Program-made: the position numbers and the translations under genes | The notes under the pieces: generated by a model | The model's database searches: none | Seen by the model: the letters and a program-made list of their open reading frames with translations, nothing else | Told to the model about the DNA's origin: nothing | Shown: piece after piece, positions 1 to 13,479 of the stretch | How the letters are laid out: every line of letters starts with the position of its first letter | How positions within the stretch are numbered: position 1 is the stretch's first letter | Source of the DNA: Octopus vulgaris | Taxonomy: Eukaryota | Length of the DNA: 64,000 nt | Assembly: GCA_951406725.2 (NCBI GenBank) | Contig: OX597821.1 | Span: 100,998,001-101,062,000, forward strand | Direction of reading: 5' to 3'

Positions 1-602
1 AGCCGTGTGAGTGGATTTGGCAGACAAAAACTGAAAGAAGCCTGTTGTATATATGTGTTGTTTTTCAGGTTTATAGATTTTCAATAGAGATAACTTTAAA
101 AAGTGATTTAATAACCCTGTTAACATAGGTGAGGCACAGTAAGGACTTATAAGCCTTTGATATACTAGGTAGTATATTAGTTTTGCTTAACGAAATACAG
201 TGTCAGTACCAGTAATTAATGAGTGCTTGCATTTATAAATATGCATGTGAATATGTGCATGTTTGTGTCTCTTTGTTTTGACATTGCGTGATAGTTGTAA
301 ATGAGCGTCACTGTTATACAAGCAGTGTCATTCATTTCCAATATTCTGTGTAAACATGTCTGGCCATGGGGAAATATCACCTTGCTTAGAAAACAAGTGA
401 GAGTTAACAACAAGAGTGGCATCCAACCATAGAAGACCTGCCTTTAAATTCTCTTCAACCCATGCAGGTATGAAGAAGTGCACGTTAAAACCATGATAAT
501 ATGATGAAAGAAAATAAGAAATTGCTGATAAATGTTTAATTTCTGAGAGACAATTCCATGGCAACAAAATCAATGATAATTTTGATAAGTTATAATACGT
601 AC

Positions 603-732
603 CTTTTGCTCTTCTTTTTCTTGTTCGATCAATAATTCTGTTAAATGGTCCATATCATTATGTCTGAAATATTTTATTACACTACGGGAAGCTAGCAAAC
701 CTTTTTGGATTGAGAAACAAACTCCTGCATCA
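603..732 (-). CDS. SPTLC1: SPTLC1 exon 7 (gene continues beyond the left edge)
   Basis: ttctag|[43 protein letters not shown]|gtacgt; FxHND motif of PLP-dependent AOS enzymes; 130 nt. Confidence 0.97.
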
Positions 733-1536
733 CTAGAAAAACAAACAAACAAAAAGAAAAGTAAAGAAAACCTTGTGTTAAAAGAAATTTCATTAATAAT
801 TTGATGCACCAAAGTTTAAACAAACACAACAGGATACAAACATCTAATTAACAGGTAAGGTGGATCTGATACAAATTCCTAATATATTTAAAGTGGTTGT
901 CGAGATTACATTCAATTTTTTTCTTTTTTTCAATTTCTTCACCCTTAACCAAATATATTTGATGCCTAGCTGCCCATATCTATGAGAGGGGGAATGTTGT
1001 TGTGACTGTGCTTGACAACCGGTGTGAGTTTGTTTACATCTGCATAACTTACTAGTTTGGCATAAAAGACAGATAAAATAGGTACCAAATATAAAAATTA
1101 AGAACTGGGGTCAATCTGTTTGACTAAAACCCTTCCAGGCAGTGCCCCAGCTTGGCTGCAGTCCAATGACTGAAACAAGTAAATGATTAAAAGAAATTAA
1201 TTATAAGTAAGATAAATATATTTCTAATATTTAAAAATCAGCAAAAATTCTTCAGAATTGGATAGGTAACCATCATGAGTCACTGGATATAGCATTTGCC
1301 AGATAAAATTATGAATAGATTGTTTTCAATAACACCACATATATGATTTTCACAATATTTATAGTAATTAAATTTTCAGTTAGTATTTTTTAACCCATTA
1401 ACTCTTTTAATAACAGCCCATCTGAGACCCCACCTGGTTCTATGAAATAAACTTTTGTTTTAGAGTGATTTAAATTAAAACTTTCTATCAAAATTTCATG
1501 TTAATTTAAAAATAATAATAATGATGAAATTATTGT

Positions 1537-1955
1537 ATACAGTGCTCAGGTGCACTACAACTTGTCAAAAGTGCGTATAAAGCATATGCAGTAATGTACA
1601 AATGTCTGGAAAGTGAACAGTGTATGAGTTAGATATATGCTTGCGTATGTATGGAGGGGAGAAAATCAGGTGTATTGTTGGCGAATCTCAGGAAGCATGG
1701 AAGTTTTGAAGGATGCAGGGCTCCAACAACTAACAACAGATGCCAGCAGTTTGTTCCATACTTCAGCAACTCTTAGTGTGAATAAATGTTTCCAAAAGTC
1801 ATGGGAGTTGTGCAGTTTTCTGACTTTGTAAACATGTCCACGGGTGTTAGACAGGTGGAGTTTGAAAAGGTGCTCAGAGTTATTGTTAGTAAGATGGTTA
1901 ATAATTTTATGGGTGTCTGCCAAGTCAGTTGCCAGAAGTCGGAGTTTCAAAGTTT
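1537..1955 (-). mobile_element. CR1/L2-type LINE 3' fragment
   Basis: LKLRLLATDLADTHKII...LFKLHLSNTRGHVYKVRK...HLFTLRVAEVWNKL resembles the CR1 ORF2 C-terminus (TRGH..K...FF..RV...WN.LP). Confidence 0.8.
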
Positions 1956-2742
1956 CCATCAAAATTTCATGTCAAAATATGTTCCAAAGACCAGCTTAAT
2001 AATAAGGAAGTCATTTTCTTAAACATTTTTTATCCAGTTGACTGTGGCCATGCTGCAGCACCACCATAAAGAGTTTTTTAGTGGAATGAATCGACTCCAG
2101 GACGTACTCTTTGTAAGCCAAGTGCTTATTCTACTGATTGCTTTTGCCTAACCACTAAGTTATGGGGGACATAAACACACCAACATCAGTTGTCAAGCAA
2201 TGGTGGGAGAGACAAACATAGACTCAGACACACACAGAAATATATAATACAACAGGCTTCTTTCAGTTTCCGTCTACCAAATCAACTCATAAGGCTTTGG
2301 TCAGCTTAAGGCTATAGTAAAAGACACTTGCCTAAGGTGCCATGCAGTGGGACTGAACCCAGAACCATGTGATTGGGAAGCAAGCTTCAAAGCAAAGGAA
2401 GTGCATTTCAGTAGAAATATGATAATGAAAGTGTTAAAATTTTGATTTCTTCATCATCATCATCATCATCATCATTTAGCGTCCGTTTTCCATGCTAGCA
2501 TGGGTTGGACGGTTCTGCTGGGGTCTGTGAAGCCAGAAGGCTTCATCAGGCCCAGTCAAATCTGGCAGTGTTTCTACGGCTGGATGCCCTTCCTAACGCC
2601 AACCACTCCGTGAGTGTAGTGGGTGCTTTTTATATTAATTAGGCACAAGCAAGTAGAGAACAGATTCTGTCTTTCAGGTTGTAATAGGAAGATAAATCAA
2701 AATATTTAAATGAGTAATTCAAATAATCAAATACCAACATAC

Positions 2743-2875
2743 CAAAATATAACATCACCACGTTTTGAATATGCAGGAATAGCACTTGCAACAGTAGCAA
2801 AACCATAGGAATAAAGAATTGCTGATTCTGCCCCAAGAAATCGCCGCATCTTATCTTCCATGTCGAGATGAACAT
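2743..2875 (-). CDS. SPTLC1: SPTLC1 exon 6
   Basis: tttcag|[44 protein letters not shown](C)|gtatgt; 133 nt. Confidence 0.97.
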
Positions 2876-3788
2876 CTGAAATATCACAAATAACAAATTA
2901 TACAGAGAGAAAACATCATCATCATTTAATGTTCTTTTTCCATGCTGACATGGAGGCTACAGTAGAAGACATTTGCCCAAGGTGCCATGCAGTAGGACTG
3001 AACCTGGAACAGTGTGGTTGGGAAGCAAGCTTCTTATCACACAGCCACACTTACACCTATATTTTCAAAATTAATCAAAATAAAGGTAGAGTATTTCAAA
3101 AGAGATATGGCAAAAAAAGGGTTAAATCAAAATTGCAATTTATGCACCCTACTAAATGTATACACATCCGATAGGGACATGATGCTGTGAAATTTTCTCA
3201 GACTAAAATTTCTTCATAGACTTGGATGGTTCTCTTACGTACCACCGGCACTGGTATGTTAAAAACAACATCTGAGTGAGACAAACATTGTCACAGTCCA
3301 ATGATGGCTTAGCTGGTTGAAAATTCAAAGTCACTGTCAACAACATTCTTATTTAAGAATAATAAATTTGTGTTCTACAAAAGTATTGAGTATCCCATCA
3401 GATTAATGTAAAATTGTTTTTATTATAACATAAAAACAAACATTAGTGTCTGTGTGCACATGTGTGCATGTTGTAAAACTTATATTGAATGGCATTTTAA
3501 GTTTCACCTCACAACTCAATCAACCAGCATAAGTCAACTGTGTAGATCGTCAAACAATAAAGTTTAAGTCAACAAGAATTTTACAATAAATATGTCCCTG
3601 CTTTTAATATTGAGTCCTAACCTTACTTCAACATACATACAAATAACTATATATATGCACATACGTGTTTATTCCGGTTAAAGACTAAAAGCAGGACATT
3701 ATATTTCTAGAGTTCTTTGTTCTTTTACAATCGGCAAAGAACTAAAAGCGTAGATGCTAAACCTCAGACAGTGGTGCATATTACTTAC

Positions 3789-3861
3789 CCATGGTGCCAT
3801 AGAATGCTCTTGGACCACAAGAACCAACCCCATATCGGAAGAGGGTCCCAATTGCTGCATC
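3789..3861 (-). CDS. SPTLC1: SPTLC1 exon 5
   Basis: ttgtag|DAAIGTLFRYGVGSCGPRAFYGTM|gtaagt; YGVGxCGPRxFYGT motif of LCB1; 73 nt. Confidence 0.96.
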
Positions 3862-4206
3862 CTACAAGAAAGGAAGAAAGATTTCATATTAACTGAAAAG
3901 CAAAATTGATCAATTATCAATCACAAAAAAAAAAAATCAGTTAATATTCTTAATATAAATTAAGACATACCAGTCTACTTAACTGAAATTTTGATTAATC
4001 AATAAATCAAGATAATGAAATAATCTTTTCTACTAAAGGCACAAGGCCTGAAATTTTGGGTGAGGGGACTAGTTGATTACATCGACTCCAGTGTTTTGCT
4101 GGTACTTAATTTATTAACCTCAAAAGGATGAAAGGCAAAGTCAACTACCACAGAATTTGAACTCAAATATAAAGACAGACAAAATGCTTAGCATTTTGTC
4201 TGACAT

Positions 4207-4279
4207 GCTAACAATTCTGCCAGCTAACAATTCTGCCAGCTGACAATTCTGCCAGCTAACAATTCTGCCAGCTGACAAT
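4207..4279. repeat. 16-bp tandem repeat at a SINE end
   Basis: gct(a/g)acaattctgcca, about 4.5 copies. Confidence 0.9.
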
Positions 4280-5200
4280 GAAATAACGAAATATAACAAA
4301 GGTCCAATAGTTGGACTCAAAACAAATTTTCAAAAATAATGGTTTACATTAAACTTTGCAACCAAAAGGTTTCAGGTTGACTTCCACTGTATGACACATT
4401 GGACAAGTGTTTTCTACTATAGCCACAGGCCAACTAATGCCTTGCAAGAAGTAAACAGAAACTGTTGGCAGGATGCTGGCATCATGCTTAACAGCAAGCT
4501 GCAACATTATATATTCAATGACACCAGTTCCTTATATTGGGTACTGCAGATGGTGGGGTAGGATGTTGGCGCAAATCAGTAGCTCAGTCTTAAACATCTA
4601 GAAGCTATCTTGAATTTCTTTCAAACCTTCTACTCTGACTTCTAACCTCTGATGAGATGGATGTGTCATACAAGCCTGCAAAACTTTGAGGAATGTGGAG
4701 CTGAGTCAAACTGTTATTTACAATACAAATGGAAACAGATAGTCTTTCCTTCTTTTTTCTTTTACTTGTTTCAGTCGTTTGACTGTGACCATGGTTTAAG
4801 TTAAAGAAATTGACCCCAGGACTTATTCTTTGTAAGCCTCATATGTATTCTATCGGTCTCTTTTGGGCAAGTGTTTTCTACTATAGCCTCGGGCCAACCA
4901 AAGCCTTGTGAGTGGATTTGGTAGACGGAAACTGAAAGAAGCCTGTAGTATATATGTATGTGTGTGTGTATATGTTTGTGTCTGTGTTTGTCCCCCCCAA
5001 CATCGCTTGACAACCAAGCAGTTCAGGAAAAGAGACCAATAGAATAGGTACAAGGCTTACAAAGAATAAGTCCTGGGGTCAATTTGCTTGACTAAAGGCG
5101 GTGCTCCAGCATGGCCGCAGTCAAATGACTGAAACAAGTAAAAGGAGTAAAAAATAATTGAAATAAAAAATTAGTTTGAAAATGAAATTACTGAAATTAC

Positions 5201-5294
5201 CTCGACACATTTTTCACCAAGCATACCCAAAAAATTAAAAGTGGCTATGTTAATACATTGTCGACCTTGGATAGTCAGGTATTTGCCTGCTTTC
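5201..5294 (-). CDS. SPTLC1: SPTLC1 exon 4
   Basis: ttccag|KAGKYLTIQGRQCINIATFNFLGMLGEKCVE|gtaatt; CINxAxFNFLG motif; phase compatible with exon 3. Confidence 0.95.
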
Positions 5295-6969
5295 CTGGAA
5301 GAGAAAGGAAAATTATTCAATTAAAATATAACAGAGCAAAGAGATTAACTAAATATTTGGTCAACCTTAGAGTTATAAGGAAAAAAACTCTTAAATACAT
5401 AGACTTAAGATTTTCATAATAATCTTATCAATAAACTACACAAGTTGCAATTATCAATGTCTATAGCACGCAGAAGAGGCATGGCTGTGTGGATAAGAAA
5501 CTCACTTTGCAACCACATTGTATTGGGTTCAATCAACTGTGTAGCACCTGAAGCATCTTCTATTGCTCTGGGGCTAGCTAATGCTTTGTGAGTGATTTAG
5601 TAGATGGAAAACTGTATGTATGTGTGTGTGAACATGCACATATATAGGTTGTGTTTGTCTCTCAATGCTCAACAACTAGTATTGGTTTGTTTATGTCCAC
5701 CTAAACTTTCAGCAAAAAGTGACTGACAGTATATATACCAGACTTTTGAATTAAGATCAAAACAAGACAGAAATGAAAAAAAAAATGGAATTGTGAACTA
5801 ACTTATGTTAAAATGCTGAATAATTTACAAGATTTTTTAATGTAAAACAGTATTTGATATAATAAGCATCAACTTGAGACAGAAAAAACCCACTTTCTAG
5901 TTGGTGGGTCTGTCTCAAACCTATTACTTGTAAAAATTTCAAATTATTATCATGCAACATTAATATATAAAAAGGGTAAAATATTATAAAATTAGCAATT
6001 CAAAGATAGATTATTTGCTTCTTTCTAATAAAGAATTATTTGGCATGGTTCCTATAGCTGGATACTTTTTTTAACACCAACCACTTTACAGAGTATAAGG
6101 AGGGGGTGCTTTTTTTTGTAGCACTGGCATGAAGTCACCAACTTGCAAAACAAGAATGCTCCCTTGACTTTGTGGAGATGTAGCAAAAAAGGAAGTGGCT
6201 TTATGCTAAGTGTTCAGAGGTTGTAAAAAATTTCAGTTAGATTTTATATATAGTCACTCATCAAAACTAAGTCTAAGCTTAGTATTATCAAAAATATTTT
6301 TAAAATTCTAAGAGGAGCTAACATTTATAGCATTAAATTTATGAAGTATGTAGATATATAGCACTGTAAATATGGCAGTGTATAGTTAAGGTTCTGAAAC
6401 AGAACTCAACTACATAACATAAGGGAAATTAGTTTAAAGAGTATGAAAAGTTTATATACAATGTGAGAAATAATGATCATCGTTTAATGTTCATGCTAGC
6501 AATGATTGGGTGGCTCAACAGGATCTAACAAGCCAAAGGACTGCACCAGGTTCCAATATCTACTTTGTTATGGTTTCTACAGATGAATGCCCTTCATAAC
6601 ATTGACCATTTTACAGAGTGTAATATGTGCTTTTTACTTTTTGTAGCACTTGCACTAGGGAGAACATCAAGTAATTTGCAAAACAAAAAAGCACCTTCCA
6701 CTGAATGAAAGTGTAGCAGAGAGCAAAGTGGCTTTATGCCATCTGTTGAGAAGCTAAAATACAATACAAGGTCAAGAACTGGTGTCTTGCTGAAGAGGAA
6801 ATACATGGTTGCCTCACAGTATATAAAGGTGAGTGGGAATAACTGGAAAGAGAGATAAAGATGGTGGTGACAAAGTGTCAGGGTGTACCCTGAAGGTATA
6901 AGAAAGTGAGTATAAGAGAGAATAGAGACAAAGGATAAGGAAGGATTGCTATGTTTATAAAAATGTAAG

Positions 6970-7370
6970 AGTGGCTGTGTGGTAAGTAGCTTGCTAACCA
7001 ACCACATGGTTCCGGGTTCAGTCCCACTGCGTGGCATCTTGGGCAAGTGTCTTCTGCTATAGCCCCAGGCCGACCAATGCCTTGTGAGTGGATTTGGTAG
7101 ACGGAAACTGAAAGAAGCTAGTCGTATATATGTATATATATAAGTGTGTGTGTATATGTTTGTGTGTCTGTGTTTGTCCCCCTAGCATTGCTTGACAACC
7201 GATGCTGGTGTGTTTACGTCCCCGTCACTTAGTGGTTCGGCAAAAGAGACCGATAGAATAAGTACTGGGCTTACAAAGAACAAGTCCCGGGGTCGATTTG
7301 CTCGACTAAAGGCGGTGCTCCAGCATGGCCGCAGTCAAATGACTGAAACAAGTAAAAGAGAGTAAAGAGT
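6970..7370 (+). mobile_element. Abundant tRNA-derived SINE (representative full-length copy)
   Basis: Pol III A/B-box-like head (tggctgtgtggtaag...ggttcagtccc), internal TA/TG tract, (gtaaaaga)n tail. Many copies on both strands, e.g. ~2030-2390, 4866-5150, 22308-22660, 38310-38640, 48608-48975, 62790-63140. Confidence 0.85.
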
Positions 7371-7550
7371 AAAGGTGAAGGCATGATCGATGGTAAATAT
7401 GAGTCTGGAGGAGAAGGTGAAAGAAACAGAAGTGGCTGAGGAGGGAGGAGGTGATAAGTGGAAGTACAGAAATGGTGGAGAGCAGCAGTATAATAAAACT
7501 GCAGAAAGATGGGAGATAAGGAGATGATGTGGGACTAGGTAGATAAAAGA

Positions 7551-7935
7551 GGAGGCGCAATGGCCCAGTGGTTAGGGCAGCAGTCTCGCGGTCATAGGAT
7601 CGCGGTTTCAATTCCCAGACCAGGCGTTGTGAGTGTTTATTGAGCGAAAACACCTAAAAGCTCCACGAGGCTCCGGCAGGGGATGGTGGTGATCCCTGCT
7701 GTACTCTTTCACCACAACTTTCTCTCACTCTTACTTCCTGTTTCTGTTGTACCTGTATTTCAAGGGGCCAGCCTTGTCACTCTCTGTGTCACGCTGAATA
7801 TCCCCAAGAACTACATTAAGGGTGCACGTGTCTGTGGAGTGCTCAGCCACTTACACGTTAATTTCACGAGCAGGCTGTTCCGTTGATTCGGATCAACCGG
7901 AACCCTCATCGTCGTAACCGACAGAGTGCTTCCAA
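7551..7935 (+). mobile_element. tRNA-headed SINE (ggaggcgcaatggcccagtggttagg family)
   Basis: tRNA-like head with A/B boxes; the same head occurs at 27223-27518 and 29416-29712 with a different 3' body. Confidence 0.8.
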
Positions 7936-8146
7936 GATAAAAGAGGAATGCGTGAGAGAGAGGGAGGTAGAGAGAAAGAGGACACGGTGATGGAGAGTGA
8001 TGTCAGAGGCATGTAAGGGTGAATGTTAGAAATGAATTTTTTGTTAAAACAAACAACCTTTCAAAAACAATACTAGCAATATCAAAATAGTTAAACAATA
8101 ACAACATTTACTAATTAAACAATTTGAAATAAAAAAGGAATTTTAC

Positions 8147-8250
8147 CCAGAAATAACATTATTTCTCAGATTGTCCAAAAGTGGGTGATCTTCTCTCGTC
8201 TTTGGAACAAGTGGCTGAGGCACCCAGTCAGCAATTAAATCTGATTTTTC
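8147..8250 (-). CDS. SPTLC1: SPTLC1 exon 3
   Basis: cctcag|EKSDLIADWVPQPLVPKTREDHPLLDNLRNNVISG|gtaaaa; human EKEELIEEWQPEPLVP..DHPAL. Confidence 0.93.
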
Positions 8251-9914
8251 CTGAGGTTGAAAGAAAAAACGAATTCCATAATTTAAACAAAGAAATCTTG
8301 TTAACTTTAACTACCGATTATTCCTACTCCTGACCATCTCGTCTAAATAAAATCTGGCACTGCGTCAGTTATGATGACAAGGGTTTCAGTTGTTCCAATC
8401 AACGGAACAGCCTGCTCATGTAATTAACATGAAAGTGGCTGAGCACTCTACTGACATGCGTACCCTTAATATAGTTATCAGGGAGATTCAGCATAACACA
8501 CAATGTGACAAAGCTGGCCCTTTGAAATACAGGTACTACTCATATTTGCCAGCTGAGAGGACTGGAACAATGTGAAATAAAGTGTCTTGCTCTCAGACAC
8601 AACACAATGCTGGGAATTGAACTCACAACCTTACAATTGTAAGCTAAATACCCTAACCACTAATCCACATGCCTTCTATTCTGAATTTACAAGGACACAC
8701 AGTGAATTGTCTTCATGGCCAAAAAGACTTAACAGCCAAGTCCAACTAGTTCTAAGCAGATATCACAGAGCAATATAGTTCTCCTATGAGAGCTTCAGTG
8801 ATGAGAGCTCCATCTGTTAACAGTGCTGAGTTCAATTTACTCATAAAAAAAGTATTGCTGGAGGAGCAAACATTTAACCAGCAAACCTCTACCGTGATCA
8901 TCATTTAATGTTTGGCATGGTTTGCACAGTTGAACAGGATCCAACTAGCCTGGGAGCTACATTGGTCTACATTGTCTGGTTTTTGGCAAGATTTCTACAG
9001 CTAGATGTCCTTCCTAACACCAACCACTTTATAGACTGGAACGATGCTTTTTTTCATGGTACCTGTACTCTAAAACAATTTACATTGCACAAACCAATAA
9101 CACAAGAAAATGTGCCAAGACCATTGAACCATAAAACATTTGGATGCTGGGGCAATTTTGCACAGCTGGATGTTCTTCCTGTCACCAACCATTAGCTGTT
9201 TCATATAAGATGTATATTCTCCTAGTTTTTTGCATTATAAACTATGCAGTCCAGATATGATTTTATGGCATGTGTGGACAATAATATAGTCTAAATGGTG
9301 TCACTGTTTCAAGTGCATAAACAATACCAAGGGACAGACAAGAGGGAACAAACATACAGGGACATATATGGTCATACACTTCAAGCTTCCATACAGTTCA
9401 GGTTAGTCATATGTCCTAAGACTAAACTCATAACATTGAAGCTTAAGCCAATTTCTTTGCTTATAAGTGATTGAGACTACAACACTCCACTGAATAGGAT
9501 GCCAGTCCATTGCAGTGTTAACTTCCCAGCTATTGTTGAATCTCATTTACAGCTGAGTTGACAGGAGAATTGTAAAATGAATAATTTGCTCAAGAATACA
9601 ATGCACCGACAGGTCCAGGTTTTGAAACCACAATCATGAGTGAAACATCCAAACAATTAGGCCGCATGCCTTCATTTCTATACAGTTTATTTCTATTAAT
9701 TTCACTTCCCAGATTTTAGCCAACCGAAGGCCATAGTAAAAGACACTTGCCTACAGTGCTGTACAGAGAAAAAAACCCTGAAACTGCATGGATGTGAAGC
9801 AAACTTCGTAATATAACTAGTATCTATAAGAAAAATGTTGTTTTGTCATTAAAGAAAATACATAATAGAGTTCTAGAATTATGCAATTCCCAGTTCTTTT
9901 ACTGTTCCAGTTAT

Positions 9915-10160
9915 TTGTACTTGTTGCAGCATTCACCTGGGGTGGTCAGGCCAGCTCTGTCCAAATTATCACATCTCTCACGAATTCTGATTATATCTAA
10001 TGGTCAGCCATAGTCAAGGTTGTAATGGATACCCACTCCCAGTTCCACCATTGCCAAAGACCATAGACGTAGGGACCTGATTGTGCTTCCACATAAGCCT
10101 TTACTGTCACCAGCCATGTCTTTAGTTGTCCTCCAGCTCATTTGTGCCAGCCTGGAAATC
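9915..10160 (-). mobile_element. RTE-like LINE 3' fragment
   Basis: Minus strand contains a GGQLKTWL-like RTE C-terminal motif; degenerate. Confidence 0.45.
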
Positions 10161-11508
10161 AAATGAATCCACTCCAGTACTTATTCTTTTTATTCTTTCT
10201 TAAAGCCTAGTGCTTATTTTATCAGTTTCTTTTGCCAAACTGCTAAGTTACGGGGACATAAACATATATACATGACAGGCTTCTTTCAGTTTCCTTCAAG
10301 CAAATCCTCTCACAAGACTTTTGTCAGCCTGAAGTTATAGTAGAAGACATTTGCTCAAGTGCCACACAGTGGGACTGAACCCAGAACCACATGGTTGGGA
10401 AGCAAGCTTCTTACCATACAGCCATGCTTCACTGATACAACTTTTGCTGATATCATTTCATCTTAAAGCATAGTATAAATTACTATACACTTCCACCCTT
10501 TTTCATCACTCACTATATTCATCTCTAACCATCTGTAACCTTTATGAAACTATCTACCCTCTCTCCCCACCCCACTGATTCATTGCCCATATCCTCTCTT
10601 ATGCTGACCTTCTTGAAACTTGAGAACTTGCTCTGGCACCCCATCACTACCATCTTTACCTTCTTCCCAGCTGCTCCCACCTACTCACCCTTATATAATC
10701 TGGGATAGTCATGTATCTCCCCTATAGCAAGACACCTGTGCTTGTACCTTCTATCATACTTTAACCACTCAACATCTGGCATAAATCCACCTCCCCACTC
10801 TCAAACTTTCCCCACTTAGTTGAAAGGGGCATTTTTCTTGTTCTTTTCCTATTTTGTAAATTATCTGGCAACCTCATTAGTGCAAGTGGTATGAAAATAG
10901 CAACTAGTGCACACTGTAAAGCGATTGGCATTAAGCTGTAGAAACCATGCCAAAGCTGACATTAAGCCTAGACAAAGCCCTGTGCCTCACCAGATCCTAT
11001 CAAACTGTTCAACCATGGCCAGCAAGAAAAACAAACATTATATGATGATGATTCACAATATAGAAAAAGAGTGAAAAATACAAAGATAACCAAGATGAAA
11101 ATGTAATTTATGTCAAGAACTCAGCATAAAAACTTAATCACAGTCGCTTACTTAATGTTTCCATAATCATTGCTATTCCTACAGGTAGCAGAGTATTTAG
11201 AAGATTAGCAACTGTTTGAGATTTCCAATTAAAATTTTTTTTAAATCAATCACTTTAGCTCAAGCTGTGAAACAAACTATAAGTGGCCAAAATCAGGTGA
11301 AGCTTCATAAACATACACAATGTTGATTCATGGAAACCTTAACAAACTAATGGCAACCTCAAAACATTTAAAACTAAGAGTGACATTTTCACATTTTTAC
11401 TAACATTCTATAAACAACATTTTTTATATTATTTCATTTTCTTAATGAAATAACGTCACAAACAAAATTTTTCATGCCATTAGTTGCAAAATATGTAAAG
11501 ACACTTAC

Positions 11509-11613
11509 CTTTTCTGTGAGTATTGTTTTTTCAGGGTTGTAACTTTTAGAAAACAGCAGTTTAATGATACAAATAATAAGGATGGCTTCAAAGAACAAAT
11601 GGTATGTTGGAGC
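11509..11613 (-). CDS. SPTLC1: SPTLC1 exon 2 (transmembrane helix)
   Basis: ttttag|APTYHLFFEAILIICIIKLLFSKSYNPEKTILTEK|gtaagt; human [25 protein letters not shown]. Confidence 0.95.
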
Positions 11614-12289
11614 CTAAAATACAATAAGAGTTTAGATAAAATAAGGAATAAGAAATAATAAAAATAAAACTTAAAATAAGACAAATGAGTGAATAATTAA
11701 GTTAATTTTAAAAAAGAAACAGGTGAAAATATTTGAAAAAACTACATACTGTATTTACTAGTGTACAAGTTGCATTGTTTTATACTTGATTTTAACTGAA
11801 AAAAGTTGGATGTGACTTATACATGAAACAAAGCTGATATAAAGTTTGAAGAAGGAAAAAATTTATACCAAAATTCAACACTAAATTAGGGGTGTGGCTT
11901 AAACACAAGCGCAACTTATGATCAAGTACAGTTTTTGAAAAAAAATATACTAAATACAAGTCAAATAGAAATAGCATGTAAAAATTACAATAGAAGATAC
12001 TTGTAAAAGTAATTATTATATGATGAATAATTTGTTCATTTATGTCCATTTGGCATGTTAAGTTAGGGTAGGATGAATATATTATTGAGGAATTGTCTTA
12101 TGGCTAGATAGCTATTTTTCAAGTGAGGGCTCTCCTTTTTCACACACATTTGAAAGCTCAACGTAAATTGATGCTTTGTTGACAGGAGAAGTGACAACAA
12201 CAGTTCATAGCTGGTGACTTTCATGGCACAAAAATGTAAACAAACACTGACACACACACACACACACACACGTACATAGAGTTAAATTT

Positions 12290-13100
12290 GACAGTTTGCA
12301 TTTTAAAATATATATATTTCTCTGAAAATAAAAGTATTTTTTAAAAAGTCAGAAAATATCAACTAGAATATGGCTATGAGATAACAGTTTGCTCCGCTGC
12401 CCTCAACTTCCACCATGGCTTCAAGAACATTGTGCATGTGGTCCTCACTGTGTCCCTGGGAAGATCTTCAAACACCTCCTTGATTTCAGTCACCAGCTCA
12501 GCCTTGGTGTTGCAGGCAGAGCAGTTGGTGCCTTTCTCGACTGTGCTTTACATACATAGTAATCCATAGGATTACAACGGGTGGAATTAAGAGACCAGAA
12601 ATTGGGACTGATGAAGTTAAAGAAATTCTCTAATAAACACTTCTGACTCTTTCCAGAGAAATGGCAAGGAGCTGAATCCTGCTGAATCCTTCCAGCAGCA
12701 ACCCACTCCAGCCAGGGATTGACTGCTGTCCCCAGCAGCTTCACATAGCCATCTGAATTGAGCCTGAAGCCCTGTTCAAAAACATACAGGTGAATTTCAG
12801 CATGCAGATGCAATCAGAACACCTGCTGTGTCCATTCCTGTTGACCACAGCTTCACAGTCTCTGTTGCAGCTGCCTTACCTTAACAGTATTCAAAGAGCA
12901 TTGAGTGGCTGTCATGAATCACCATGATACAGGTACCTTTTTTCCAATTTTCAGATCACTTTCAATCCTCCATGTCAGCTAACATTTTCTCAACTACACC
13001 TTTAATCTTTATGCTCTCCAACACCATTAACTGTTTACCAATACATTAAGCTGTTCCTGATAAAAGGAAACATTAAAAAATTATCGAAATCAGCCCAAAT
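12290..13100 (-). mobile_element. Degenerate Tc1/mariner-superfamily (maT/DD37D-like) transposase remnant
   Basis: PWL...QQDSAPCH...SQKCLLENFFNFISPNFWSLNSTRCNPMDYYVC corresponds to QQDxAPxH...WPPxSPDxNPxDYxVW. Confidence 0.8.
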
Positions 13101-13479
13101 ACCTGAAGATACACACATATAGCAGGCTTCTTTTAGTTTCCATTTATCAAATTCACTCAATGCTTTGTCAGCTTGGAGCTATAGTAGAAGACACTTGCTC
13201 AAAGTGCTGCACAGTCGGACTAAAGCAAAAACCATGTAGTTGAGAAGAGAGCTTCTTAACCACAGAGCTATGCTTGCAGTGTTAATTATATAATAAATAA
13301 GTAATTTGGAAAATACTGTATAATTATAGAATTTGAAGCTAAACATGAAAGGTTTACACCTTAAATACCTAAGTTATCATTTACTCAATCTTTGAAAGAA
13401 AGACTATAAGAAATGAATTGACAAAATAAGAAACGAACTGAGAGTAAATCTGGATAAGAATAAAATGTAGTGTGTAAGA

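Noticed and set aside
7551-7630. tRNA gene (also 27223 and 29416)
   Set aside because: The tRNA-like head runs into a shared SINE body with no intact acceptor stem or Pol III terminator.
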